From contig CM074522.1 in NCBI GenBank assembly GCA_037379345.1, positions 14,074,001 through 14,138,000 on the forward strand: 64,000 nucleotides of DNA, in the 5' to 3' direction. This document shows positions 13,470 to 26,890 of the stretch, in pieces. A program made the translations under genes and the position numbers. The notes under the pieces are model-generated. The model did not search any database and was not told the origin of the DNA. It saw only the letters and a program-made list of their open reading frames with translations. Positions within the stretch are counted from its first letter, which is position 1. Each line of letters starts with the position of its first letter. This DNA comes from Perna viridis (lineage: Eukaryota).

Positions 13470-14879
13470 ACGTAAACCTAAATAAATCAAAATAATATGT
13501 CTTAAGCCATCTTGTGGATCTTGTTTCAACCGATACCTGCTAAGGAGAGAATTAAATGGGGTCTGGGAGCCAAAATAATAGATCCTGAATTTTCAGAATT
13601 TTTCAGTTTGTGAGTAAGCATCAATTAGCCAGAAACTTGGATGGAGCATTTAAGTGACTCAAATCCTAAATTCACTTCTAGCAAATAAATGATATACAAC
13701 AAAACTCAATTCTCAAGTTCAAAATTTTATCACCAATATGGGAATATGACTAAATTAATATCCTAACAAAATTTGCCAGATTCTTAAATGGAGCATTTTA
13801 GCTACCTTTAATTCTGGTTTAACGGCCATCAAACTATTAAATATAGAATTAATTCCTAGCTAGTGATGTAGATTCATTAGTACTAATGTCTATCAAAGAA
13901 TGAACACACATCCTCGTCATAAAATGTCCTTATTCCGGAAACTGGAACAAAAGTTTCATGTCTAACACAAACAATGGTTTGTTTAAGATCCTGTCCACCA
14001 GACTGTTTATGTCCTGTGATATTAATCACCAGGACATAAGCTTACTAAATTATAATAGGAAGGTAGGAGGTTTCCAAGTTAGGAAAAAAAGTCTGTTAGC
14101 TGATAAAATCATGGTCAGGCTCATGGCTTGGTAAAAAATTTAGAGCCACTAGGATCAAAGCTTACTAGAATATAATATATAGGAGGCTTCCAAGTCTCTT
14201 TGGCCTGTAAAATTATGGCAAACTTGTGACTTGGTCAAATATTGGAGACACTTGCAATAAGTTATTTCCTACTTCAATTTCCAATAGGGATTAATATGGT
14301 TTTTGTCGTGTGGTTTTGTGAAATTTAAGAAGCATATCTATGTTGCTAACAGTGGAAAATAGTATTCTCTAGCCTCAACAAAGACTGCAATTATTTTAAA
14401 ACATGAGTCACTACTTTCAATTCTAGAACTGTTTTTTTTTCTGATCTAACAGACAAAAGTTCCTCCATTTTAGTCTTGTGGGAATCAAGGTCAAGTGACA
14501 GACCAGACTAATCATCATTTCACACAAAAGCCCTTATAATCCATGGTGAAAAAAATTACAAGAATAGTGCAAATTCTTTGTAAAATACTATGTAACAACA
14601 TCATAGCTTACAAGAAAAAACTTTAAAATTTTACATTTGCAATGAGCACACTGTGAACTTACCATCCTCTCTTTTCAATACAAAGGGAAAAAAGAATGGG
14701 AAAAAAGAACACTTTTTCAAATTAAGCATACAAATGTGACAGCTGCACACTTCACACACGTACGCTACCTACCTTCTTAAATTAACAGTTGGTTCCCACT
14801 ATCCATTCTATATGAAACATACCAATCTTTAGTACAGTCTCTATGTCATTTGTGGTAAATGCATATAAAATATACTAAC

Positions 14880-15069
14880 CTTTTACATATGCCTTTCAGC
14901 CAAGTGTCTATGGATTTGAAATGGTACTGTGTGTTGGTAAAACTTTTGGCATTAAACTGATAATTGTCCCAGATTTGAACTTTGCCATTGTTCCATCTGG
15001 CACCGATAGTTTTAGGTCCTTCTCCAAGCCAAATCTCAACATGGGTCATGAAATGCTTTTGGTTTGTAG
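14880..15069 (-). CDS. NlpC/P60-domain protein, coding exon 4 (contains catalytic His: MTHVEIWLGEGPKTIGARW...DTWLKGICK)
   Basis: Acceptor TTTCTTTTCAG|, donor AG|GTTAGT; phase 1 in, phase 2 out; HVEIWLGEG aligns with the canonical HVGIYLG.G; His codon at 15043-15041. Confidence 0.92.
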
Positions 15070-15513
15070 CTGAAAAGAAATCACAGTGAGGTGTAAAAGT
15101 CTTTTTTAAGTGACTCATTTGTAATTTTCTTTGCAATCTTTCCATATTGGAATTTCAATTCTCTAATTTTGCTTCAATTTTCATACCGCTTGACCGGTGT
15201 GGAAAAAAATATTCTCATCACTAGTGACTTTTTTTGTTCTCAGAGTTCGATTGGCTTAGAAATCGATTGTCTTGGACTCAATCTTGAATTGCCTCAAATG
15301 CCATTGTAGTTGATAATTTTGGTGTTTTCTTACCTTAAATAAGAATTATGAAGGGACTCAGGAAGATTTGAAGTGAAAAAATGTTTGAAAGCATCTGGTT
15401 TCTTTTGTTTGGAATGTTTGCATTTGTGTGACGTCAACATGTTTCCTACAAATCGAAATCATAACGTTTTGCATGCTTTTCATTTTTGGGCATTTTTGAG
15501 GCATTAGAGAAAC

Positions 15514-15672
15514 AGAATCTACACTCAAAGCTTTTTGACTATGAATTTCTCACATCTCATGAAATAAATTTTATAGTTTGAATAGCTCGGCAATCCTCGC
15601 GATAAAAACTATAAAATTTATTTCACTTGATGTGAGAAATTCCATAATAAACTCGTTATCGTTGTAGATTCT
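15514..15672. repeat. Foldback (long inverted repeat) element
   Basis: Arms GAATTTCTCACATC...TGAAATAAATTTTATAGTTT (15543-15579) and AAACTATAAAATTTATTTCA...GATGTGAGAAATTC (15606-15642); outer pair AGAATCTACA / TGTAGATTCT. Confidence 0.8.
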
Positions 15673-15701
15673 ATATTTAATGGCTTTAATCAACCAATAA
15701 G

Positions 15702-15784
15702 AACTCAGAACTGGTACCTATCAAATACACCTACCAAGAGTAAACTCAGAACTGGTACCTATCAAATACACCTACTAAGAGTAA
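15702..15784. repeat. Tandem duplication of about 42 bp
   Basis: AACTCAGAACTGGTACCTATCAAATACACCTACYAAGAGTAA occurs twice. Confidence 0.9.
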
Positions 15785-18700
15785 CAGAACAAGATGATAA
15801 AAAAATGTTTAAGAACGTTTGAATATATCTTTAAAGGAGAAAAAAAAGTCCTGACAGACAACATGCCAAAGGGATGAAATACTAGTATCAATATTTCACA
15901 GCCACATTAGTTTTGGTTTTCACTTCCATATAAAGTAAGTTTTATACAGGCAAAAAAGGAATAATTTTATAGAAGTACACTAAAAATGTTTATCTAGATA
16001 AGCTGGATTGTGGAGTCTCACAATTTGAGTGAGACTCATACATTTTGAAGCTGATTTGGTGGGATTTTGTTTTTCTTTGATATTTCATTTTTCGTCTTTG
16101 ATCTATCAAAATTTTACCAAAACATGCATGTCTCATGAAATCTTGTCAGTCCATGATCCATGATATCGTTGAATATTTTATTAAAAACTTGCCCAACCAA
16201 AACCATATCTAGTAAGAGAAGCAGCTGAATCTACCTTACAACAGCTGCAGGACAAATGCATTGTTCTATAGCCATTAAAACAGGTGTCACACACTTAACT
16301 ACAAATTACAAAATGTTATATTCCACAGATGAATGCATTCGACTAAAATTTCATGTATAATGTTGAATTTTTTGTAGTTTTGTACACATATAATTACAAT
16401 TGTATTTGATCAACTACAAAAACGTTGATTGTTCTGAACAATTTAAACTATGAGAACAGGTTAGTAGGATTATGTATCACTTAACAAATGAATATGCTGC
16501 AACAACAAATTTGGAATTAAATTGATTGATATAAGAAGTGCACAAGTAAAACAAAGAGATCCTTGATACTTTAATATCCTTAAATAAGTTATTTGGCAGC
16601 CATTTGGTCTCTTTTATCTAGCATCTTGACTTAAAACTTTTGGCTAAACTTCAGTTGTGCCCTACTCTAAATATGTTTCATAAACTCCAACTTGAGTGCC
16701 TTTCTGCACATATTTCATTCCATCTAGGGGATAAAAATTAATATGGATGTCTAATATCAATAAATCTGAATTAGTTCTATAAAAAATCTTTTATGATGAG
16801 AAATTACTACACCAAGTTTAACTACGATATAGAAATAATATGGTTAACCATATACAATGTATACACCATATAAAACTATCCATCGTAGAAAATAGAAATT
16901 AAAAATCGACCCATCAACCATTAATTCTGTTAAGTTTTTGGTTGTCACAAACATTTTCAATTCCTTGGCCTCAATTTTGGACATCAGAGGATATTCATTT
17001 TCACAAGCCTTATAACCTAATCTAAACCCATATGAAGTAATAACATGACTATTTCAGTCCTTGTTTTAACAAAAATCTTTCACATTTACATCCGGTCATA
17101 TCCCAAAATAAAACTTTTTCCACAATGGTAGGTTGTGAAGTGTGTTGTTTAACAAATGACTACGACCCTGAACCTAAATATAACATTACTATAAATTTCA
17201 GTCTCGAGGACTTAACAGTATTGTACCTAGTACAAAGGTGACTTATTTCAAACTGAGAAAATGGCTGTCCTTACACATGAAAGAAATAACATGAATGCTT
17301 GGTTAAGAATTTAACCTCTTTATACATGCTACCGTTTAATCACAGCTTATTAAAAAGGTATTTTGTTTATTGTTAAATAGTTTTGTTGCTAAACTGCAGT
17401 TGGTTTAAAGTGGCACTTTTACTTCTCAACCAACAGACTATAACTAGAATAATTACACTACAATACTGTAACCAAGTGGAAATACTATTGTCACTATTGA
17501 CTCTTTCAGCCTTCCTTTATAGCTTTTATGAGGCAGAATATTATATTTGTATGCAGTCCTTTCATGATTTCGACTTATCTAGGGTGTTTTATGACAGTCT
17601 GTATTTTTTGCCATATCTTATGAAAATAATATAATTTTGTACATAAAAACCTTAAATTTTGTGACTTTTAACATAGAAATATTGTGAATACCTTAATATA
17701 AGATATTTACAATCCTCAGAGCATTTTTTGTAGTCAAAGTATGTTGAAATTAAGGAGAATCTGTGGAGATAAAACACCTCTGTGATTTATCTCCCTTTTT
17801 CAATACAGTCTCATTCATTCTTGTTAATTTTTTTGAAAATCAGGAATATTACGGAATCCTTGGCAAAAGTAGGAATGATTTCATAACAGAATATAACTAA
17901 AATAATTCAGAGATGCAAATACTACTTCAACCTTCCATCAACATCTCCCCACTCCACCTTAAACAATATGAAATGAACACCATATAGAAGAGAATACTTT
18001 TAAAGAAAAATAAACCCATGAACTAAATCAGTTGGGCATCAATGTACCAGGCATCCAGTTCCATCTATTTTCTACCACACAATTTTATGAATCATTTGTT
18101 CAAAATAACAATACCACTAATTGGAAGAGTAATCAAGGGAACCAAGGTTATAGCGGAAATCAAAAGAATGTAATCCAGGGACAAAGACCAGACATGGAAA
18201 ACAGACAAACACAACAAAGAACATAAAGTAAAATAATACATACAAAGTAACAAAAGTAAACGAACAACTCCGACTCCACTAAAATATTAATTTTAGTTTA
18301 AATATGGATTATTTGGCCCTTTGATGAAGGTCTGAAACAGATATTTTATTCAAAACCTTGCTTCTTACTACAAATAGTAAATTAAAAACAATTTCAAATG
18401 CAAGCTAGTTCCTGATATACATGTATATTTAGTATTCAAATATCAAATGAAGTTGTTCGGTTTACCTGTATGTGAAATTTTTTTTGGACTTTTTATTTCA
18501 TTACAATTATTATTTTTCATCAAACAAGGGTCATTACACTTATTGATTCAAATCTCATTAAACTAGACCCAAGTTTAATGAACCAATGTACAATCCCTTC
18601 AGAATTCCATATAAAGCATTCCCTATTTGCATTTCACATTTTTTCCCAAATAATTCTTCATGACTTTGTCATGGAAACACATCAAAGAATTTTAATTCTG

Positions 18701-19925
18701 AAAAATATATCAATTTTTTCCCTCCCGACTTTATTTAAACTCCTTTCAAGTGGGAGTAACAAAGGATATTGAAACTGTACCCTGAGGTCAAGTGCTTACA
18801 CACTTTCCGTGATTTGGATTCAAAAACTTATATTTACATTTACAATGTACCGGAATATAAATCATTAACATCGATTCTTGCTGAATAATGCAAACACTTC
18901 ATACTGTAGAAGTATCATTACAATCAACATAAACACAGCTAAAACAGTTAGGTACTTTTTTCCCTACTGAACAATTACATCTGAATCATGATATTGTATT
19001 TTTTTTAATTGCAATCAAAAGTTTATTGGAAGAAACCAGACACATTCTAAGTCCTTTCCATGTAAAAGTGCATTAGATAACAATGTAGGAGAAGGGTTGA
19101 AAAACTAGATGGTCTGCCATAGACAAAGAAAGTCATAATGAAAGAGTAGAATGTTCTAGAATGTTCTATTTAGTGGAATTTGTCAGGAAATATGTCAATC
19201 TACCTTATTGTAAAGACCGTGCAGTTTAATTTGCAAATCTTTTTCCCATTTATTACTAATCATGCACTCTTCGATATATATCTTTATGAGGACAAGATGG
19301 GTTATTGGTTGACTGTATTTCAGAGAATTTGCATGAAACCTTCATTCATAAATCACCTTTAGTAACAACTGTGACTTTGACTAAAAATCATAAATCTTTT
19401 TTCCATCATATAAACTCTATTCATTTATGACCATTATAAAATGGGAAAAACTCTACATATCAAACAGAATGAGAAAAGGACAACGTATAATAAGATCCAT
19501 ATTAGCCTCCATGCATGACTGGAAATAAGTTTTTTCTGTTGTTTAGAATGTTTAATGAATGATTTAACATGTTCAACCACATTTATAAGCATATCATCTT
19601 TCAATGATTGAAAATTTCCCAAATTAAGTGTGTTGTTTTTGGCAGATTTTAGGCTTTCATAAAACTGAAAATTCATGAAATTGTGAAAATTTGTAACCTT
19701 ATTTAACAAATTCTATTTAAGTGTATATTTCATTTTTGTCACTTACTTCCAACTTTTTTTTATCTTGAAAAAATCGGGGGCTAAATATGGCCCTTATCAT
19801 ACCTCATCCTCAGTGACAAGAATTTATTCTACACCAACGTATTAGTATTAGACTTTTAGTCAAGATACCTACAACTTTCATGTCACAAGACTCTGTCTTA
19901 ATAACAGAACTTGAAATAAACTTAC

Positions 19926-20129
19926 ATTTAGGGTTTACATATGTGCCTGACATGAAAACAAGGTCTCCAGCTTTCATCTCTTCCTCTTTGATCGTGTGTG
20001 GCAGTGTATCGTACATGTATGCTTGATTCCATGGTCCTATAACAAACCCAAAGTCTTTAGCTAGATCTCGCACAACTTGCCTTACAAGGCCACAGCAGTC
20101 CAAAAATAACTTGGAATGGTACTCTTCAG
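19926..20129 (-). CDS. NlpC/P60-domain protein, coding exon 3 (contains catalytic Cys: LFLDCCGLVRQVV...EMKAGDLVFMSGTY)
   Basis: Long polypyrimidine tract plus TTTCAG| acceptor, T|GTAAGT donor; phase 1/1; DCxG and xGDLVF motifs; Cys codon at 20097-20095. Confidence 0.93.
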
Positions 20130-20732
20130 CTGAAAAAAAAAAGAAAAAAAAACATGACAAGATTGCAGGATGTATTTATCTGCAAAATTGGTTAAGTTTT
20201 CTTTCTTATAACTATCTAAGATTATAAGGTCTCCAGCTATTGTTTTGACAAAGACAAAAACAAATTGGCAATTGTCATAAGCAAAAAAACATTAGATGTT
20301 GACAATGATGTTGCCAGTTAAAAGAAAGCAGAATTTGGAGGTCTTGGCACCACATCTAACTCAAATTTGATGTTTGTAATGATAGTCCTGATCAAAACTG
20401 TACTAATGAGGCTTCCAAGAATGATTTCAATAATTCTAAACTAATTTAATTACTTTAATAAATCTTTCAACAACTTCCAGTAGGCAGAAGATAAATTTGA
20501 TACCCACTTGCATCTGTGTAATTGCATGTAATGCCAAATTGAGGATAACTTACTCATTTCAAATCTTTTCAAGATTGCCAAACAGATAGTTAGGGAATAT
20601 ATCTGGTAGAACTTAAAAGAAAAGGCTACATATAAGACATCATGAAGCTGCCTGATTATTACAGAGACTGGAACAATTATCAAGTTTACATGGCTTTATA
20701 CAAAAATATTCTAGATGTCATGGACGTAGCCA

Positions 20733-20942
20733 TACTGTGAAAGTACTTTAATTCTTGGATACCAATTTTTGTGGATTAGGGAAGAAAACACAAGTTCGTG
20801 GATTCTTGAATTGTGGTTTTGAGGTTTTCACTATACACGTCAATGAAAATTACCTTTTCATTGGGAACCAAATTTCGTGGTTTGGCCTACCCACGAAAAC
20901 CACAAAAATTGGTACCCACTGAACAGTAGTACTTTCACAGTA
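20733..20942. mobile_element. TA-flanked MITE
   Basis: Perfect TIRs TACTGTGAAAGTACT / AGTACTTTCACAGTA. Confidence 0.8.
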
Positions 20943-21771
20943 TTTAACATAAAATCTGTCCCCCTGCTTACATTGTTCTTGTTCCTATTCCAATAGAAAC
21001 CTAACTACTTAACAAATTAGCACTGTTTGTACTTTTATAAAATGTGGACTGAAAATATTTAGTCTTTCAATAATGACAGCATTATAGACAAACACTCCAA
21101 AGAAACAGAAAAAGCAAAAAGCATCAAAGAAATCACCATAAAGAAATTTGTCAACATCAAACAAATAGTGAATTTCTTCTCCAAACTACAAACCCATATT
21201 TAGATAAATACAGTTAATTTTCTATGGTCCTTTTAAAGCATTTTTCAAACTCTTATGATCTGCACTACTTTGTTAATTGCAAAATCATGTAAGATGCCAT
21301 CTACTCAATTTGTAGTGGAAACCCCGTAAGACGAAAAATAATTACGGTCCTTTGAAGTAGTTTTATATCTACAGGCTCACAACCAATCAATAAAGTAACA
21401 TATACAAGATTTCCTGTCCCTTTAATTGAAAATAAAATTAAAAACTTAGAACAGAACTGGATTTTAGAATATGGAATAGGTTTGGTTTTGTATACTCATT
21501 ACAACATTATCACGGACATTTAAGCAAAACACAGATGATAAGTTGATTTAGTTTGGGTGTCCACCTTCCCAACCATACAACCATACACACATACTGGCAA
21601 AAAGACAGTCAATTCAATAAAAATTTGCCTGTTTCAAATTTGTACCAAAGTCTGTCAAAAGATAAACTATTCTAGCCATAGATAACAGTTCTAAAGTATA
21701 GTCTAATATTAATGATGGCTTCCTTGTTTTTGTGGGTATTGTTAAAACAGACTATAAATTGAAGTCAAAAT

Positions 21772-22245
21772 AAACAAGAGGCTCCAAGGAGCCTGGTGAA
21801 AATTTCTTTCAATGTCTTTCAATGGCAATAAAATTAACAAGAAGTAGTCTAACAATTCCAACTCAAGAAGACTTTGGTAGGATTTATCATAAGGACCATC
21901 ACATGGCTTAACAAATTAAAATAAAAATTTGACCACCATCATGCTCAACACTTTAACCCTCTGTCAGAATTTGGCTAAACCTTATGGTTTTGGAGATATA
22001 TGCGAAAAACTATAGTCTGACCCCTATGTTCTATTTCCAGTAACAACAGTCATTTTTTTGATGGATCAAAAAAATAAACACAACTTTTGTGCAAGATACC
22101 CTAAAGAACATATGTGCAAAGTTTCATGTAATTCCGCTCAGAGGAGGAAATTTTTGAAAAATTGTTAACGAACGACGACGACGACGACGACGACGGACAG
22201 CACGTGATGGCAATAGCTCACCTGGCCTTAGGCAAGGTGAGCTAA
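21772..22245 (+). mobile_element. Pearl/CvA-type (Helentron-like) non-autonomous element
   Basis: AACAAGAGGCTCCAAGGAGCCTG start, core repeat, (GAC)n at about 22172-22195, and 3' hairpin AGCTCACCTGGCCTTAGGCAAGGTGAGCT. Confidence 0.7.
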
Positions 22246-22554
22246 GAAGGCAAAATCAATTATGGTAACCCAAAGTTGAAAATTCAAAACCCCTCCCAAG
22301 AAATACTCCACAAAATAATGAAAATGAACCTTTCTTTTGCACCAACTCGCCAAAACTCTTCTCAGTATATATTCAAACAAACTTTAAATTTTCCTTTACC
22401 CAAATTGTTTCAATAATACTTTTACCACTGTAACCTTGGTTCCCTTGATTACTCTTTCAATTTCTTTAATTTTCCTTTTAAAGCATAAGAGGGATACTTA
22501 TGAAGAACTAAACATTAAAATATCTACACCATATAGAGGAAGGTGCATACTTAC

Positions 22555-22705
22555 TGTCTTTTGTCCAATATTTCCTAGCGTATGGAATACCAAAGTACTT
22601 CTTGGCCTGGTTTATAAATTTTCTTCGTAGTTCCTGCTGAAACTTTGGATTTTTCTGTCGTTTTAATCTTGCCTTTCTGACCTTTTTCTGTTTTGCTATT
22701 TCTTT
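22555..22705 (-). CDS. NlpC/P60-domain protein, coding exon 2 (KEIAKQKKVRKARLKRQKNPKFQQELRRKFINQAKKYFGIPYARKYWTKD)
   Basis: Acceptor TTCATTGTAG|, donor A|GTAAGT; 151 nt open frame; AKKYFGIPY matches the N-terminal A..YLG.PY motif of NlpC/P60. Not in the ORF track. Confidence 0.9.
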
Positions 22706-23040
22706 CTACAATGAAATACACAAAACATGCACAGAAAAAGTAAAGTTTGAGTTCAGAATTCAGGTTACATTTATCAGTGAATTTTCAACCCTGTATACTA
22801 ATCCTGCAGAAACTGAAGGGCAAATTTCATAGAGAAAAGAAGATGGGGGACACAAGATTGCCTGTTCAAAGAATTTCTTGTATGCCAATAAGGCTTATTA
22901 AATGCCTTAAATAACACTTAAAACAGCACCAAATTCTTGAAATGCCTTCAGTGTTTCGATGTTAAAAAATACCTTTCGGGAACAAAATCAAATAAACTAA
23001 AAGACAGTTATATTTCAAGGTTAAATATCCAGAAATCTTC

Positions 23041-23258
23041 AATGAGGTAAACCTAGGGTAAGGGACATTACTCATGAAATCAGTGATATGTTTGCATCAT
23101 ATCCAATTTCACCAAAGCCTCTAAAGCTTTCATTTGAAGCAGAATAAAATGAATCCAAGATAATTAGATGCTTACATAAGATTGTTGTAAAATGGTGAAT
23201 ACAAACGTTCCAATGATTTTTAAGAGTTGTGTCCCTTACTCTAGGTCTACCTCCTTAA
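23041..23258. mobile_element. Non-autonomous DNA transposon with TTAA-type ends (Kolobok-like), copy 1
   Basis: TIRs GAGGTARACCTAGGGTAAGGGACA / TGTCCCTTACTCTAGGTCTACCTCCTTAA; a close copy lies at 63397-63618. Confidence 0.8.
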
Positions 23259-26200
23259 GTGCTGATCTATGAAAGAATCAGGTAGATCTTATCTTAACAG
23301 TGGTTCATCAAAGAATCGGGTAGATCTTACCTTAACAGTGGTTCATCAAAGTAATTGTATTGCTAGAAGACGTGCACCTCAAGAATTAATCACTATACTC
23401 TTTAGTGTAAACCATGATAGTGAAATAAACAAGAGCATAAATCCCCAACCTGGCTTGACAAGCTACATTCTATAATTTTTTAAAGGGGCCATGTTTTTTT
23501 CATGGATAAAAAAAGCACAAAGATAATAACTTAGGAATAATGATATCAAGTTTCATTTATTTTTGTCCAGTTATTTCACAGGAGAAGATTTTTTAAAATA
23601 CATGTAATAAAATAAAAAATAACCCTAAAAAAGTCCAAAAAAGGCACTAACTCCAACGTGGCATGACATACTTTCACAAAAAAAATGACCGCAGATAGAT
23701 CTAACCCTGCTGAACAATTTTACCCTGTCTGAATCTGGCTAAACCAAACAGTTTTGGACTTAGATTTACACTAATGATGTTGTAAAAGATGGATAAAAAT
23801 CCAACAGCTAATTTGAAGTGGCCTTGGTCCTTCAGTACAAGCACAGGTTGATATTACAAGATCAATCCTCCAGACATGACAACAGTCATAAAATTGTTGA
23901 TTAAACATTTCTTGTATTAACCTTATTTCTGACCCCAGGATCCCAAAGGTGAAACATGTGCTTTGACACAGGGAAACCAACTACAAAACCATGGTAATGG
24001 CACATTCTAATAAACATAAATTATTTTTGAAGTTAATCTTTTAAAACAACATTAGTTAAAAGGTCTACTTGACCTCCCAAATGAATGGAATTCCAAATTA
24101 CAAAATATACACATGTCTCTAAGGCTTGAACTATTTAAAGGATTTAAGCCAAATATTTTTTCAGTGTTCTGTGCCCAAACGTGTTTACTGTTTAGAAGGT
24201 TTTCAAACTCATAGCTGGAGAACCATTTTAGAAGAAAAACAAGGCAATAGAAAAAGCAGTATGTAGTCTGTTCTATATTGACAGGTCAAGGAAACTTTAT
24301 AAGGAAACAGACTAAGATATATAACCTGCTGAGCCAGGTATACCCTGACTCCACTAAACAGGAAGTTTATATAAACAGCAACCAAAACTGCTTACAACAT
24401 ACAATGGGATTCTAAAATACTATCCACTCACTGAGATTAGGGATAATATGCAGTACTAAACCATTACTTATTTCATTATTTGTGGCTTTTGTCACTACCA
24501 CAAGCTAGTTAATTAGTGACTTTTGCCTCAGACATTTACAGTCATGTTTGCTTATAAAAAAAAATACCAATGTGGTGGAAAATGCTAAATCAGTGGTTGA
24601 ATGAGTACATTATGTAATAATTAAGTAAGTCAAATTCTAAGGACAGACCTACTCAAAAATATGCAATAACAAGGGTAATTAAAAAAAATCTTAAAAAAGA
24701 AATTAACAGAAAATGTTAAGGGGCCTAAACAAAGAAAAGATGTACCAACTTCGGGAACTCATTTCTTATCAAATGACAAACCAGGTTTAAATGATTGTAG
24801 TTATAATGATATAACATGAATTGGGAGTCAACTGTGTAGCAGAGGTAATAATATAGCAGGTAAGAAGTCCCTGGAAGTCCCCTTTTGTTTCACAGAGATA
24901 TTCTCAAGTAACTGATAGATTGCTTTTAATATATACAACAGTCTGTTTCCTTTTCCTTATTTATAGTATTAATATTTGTTTGTACTATGTTTGACCATGT
25001 CAATGATCCTTTCAACAAGTTTCCGAAAGATAAGATTAAACTGAGATCGCTTTCTCACAGTGCAATTTAAATTTCTTATCACCCCTCAAAAACAAGCAGC
25101 ATCTTGTCTGAAAGTCTTTAATCACAAATTAAAATCTTCATGTTATTCATTAAAATCAAAGCCAACAACATATTAATATTGGTACCTCTTGAACCTTAAC
25201 TGGCCAAACAAATACCCCTGTACAGAAATTGGACTACTAACATATGTGGTGATTTCAATATTGACAAAAGAAACTCAACATATTTATTTGGAATAAGCCA
25301 AAAATAATGATCAAGGTATTGAATGGCCCTGTTTACTTATCCTATCAGAGTTGTCAACAACCAGGTACTTGAGAATTCTGTATTGGAACTTCAGATTGGT
25401 CAATATGGCTGACTTACTGACAGAGGCTTGATTGAGGGCTTTATTCAAATATCAGGAACAAAGAGATAATTGACCTTTCACAATCAGTTTTGGAATGAAT
25501 AGAAATAAGGAACAGGGTTTATCTATCTTACAATCAGGTGTAAAATGAACTTCTTGACAACCAAGAAAATAGTCAGTATCTTCTACATACAAAACCTGTC
25601 TGTGACTTGCTTTATTCTTATCATCAATTCAGTCTGTCTGTCTACAACTAAGTATGTTTTCTGGTCACTATAAAAACTATGGCCCTTGAAAAGTTTTTAT
25701 CTTATACAGAAAACACAAATTGACATATACTTTGAAATTATCTCTACACAGGTATTTACAATCAATAGTTTTCAAGGGCAAACTGGATTAGAAAACTAGA
25801 AGATGAATTCTATACCTTAACATCCCCATTTTATCTTACTCAGAATGTTTTGCACTGTATTAAAAATTAAATCCATTTCAATCCTTTAAAAAAGAAAGGT
25901 ACAAGGGAGTAATGATCTTTTTAAAAGGATTGAAAATTTAGAAAACCACTAACAAGAAAATACATGTTGTTCAAATTCATACACAGAGAATCATCAATCT
26001 GTTACACACCCCTACAGAGCCCCACAAATCTGATAAAGCTTTGGTCAATATTTAGGTACTTGAGATTGGTAGAATTGGAAAACAATGATTTATACATTAC
26101 TTTATCGGTGGTCACTTTTCCCATTCCTTTCCAATAATCAAGTTATGTCAGTAGATTCGTAAAGTCTTGAATATTAGATGTCAAAATCAAGTACTTTCAT

Positions 26201-26569
26201 GGCCCCTCAGACATTAGTAATGAAATGGTGAGTAAATATGGTCCCTGTCTAGCAAATGACGACAAAGGCACATGTAATACATTAATGAAGGTGTAGCATT
26301 ATAAAAAAAATTAATACCACCAATTTAACTTTTTGATTGAGCATTGAAGAAGTGGGAGAACCCTTGAATATTTGTTAAGACAAAGCTTCACACATGCATA
26401 ACCAAAGTCCAGTGGCAACTGAAAGATGAACCGAAAGCGGAATTCTATAGTTCCCATGCTCCTAAAAAGTAGGCAAAAAAACACAGTCAACTGTCAAATA
26501 CTCCTTTTTAATGTTTTTCTATGGAGATGACTGATTTACTTCTAACAATAGTTGTTTTTCATATTTATG

Positions 26570-26890
26570 GAATACAAGCCACTTCAGCAAGTTTTTCAAA
26601 GGGCTGTAACCCACTAACACCTGAAAACCTGGTTGGCGGCCTCATTGAGGAAAGGATTTTTCTTTGGAACTGAAAACTATTAACACTTCAGTTAATAGCT
26701 AAATGTTTTGAAATTAATTATTCAAAAGTAACCAAGTACTTATGGCAGCTACAATAAGTCAAACATTTGAATTTGAAGTCTACTATTGCTCCAATCGGAC
26801 AGTAAACTAGTCTGTCAGGTTGGAAGGTTACTTTCCTTTGCTCAAAATTTTTAAAGAAGTCAAAGTCAGAAAAATGAAAAAGGTCTATTG
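26570..26890 (+). repeat. Dispersed repeat, inverted copy at 62948-63285
   Basis: Shared blocks AGCAAGTTTTTCAAAGGG, ACCTGGTTGGC, TTTGAAGTCTACT, TGAAAAAGGTCTATTGG. Confidence 0.75.

Larger units (their letters stand above)
11100..14500 (-). pseudogene. Possible highly decayed LTR-retrotransposon pol (protease then RT)
   Basis: Colinear degenerate motifs VHSLIDIS (about 13900), FVLQDKKTCIYRIIDL...INQLTK (about 12330-12260) and YDNNIILL (about 11705), interrupted by stops and frameshifts. Confidence 0.3.
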
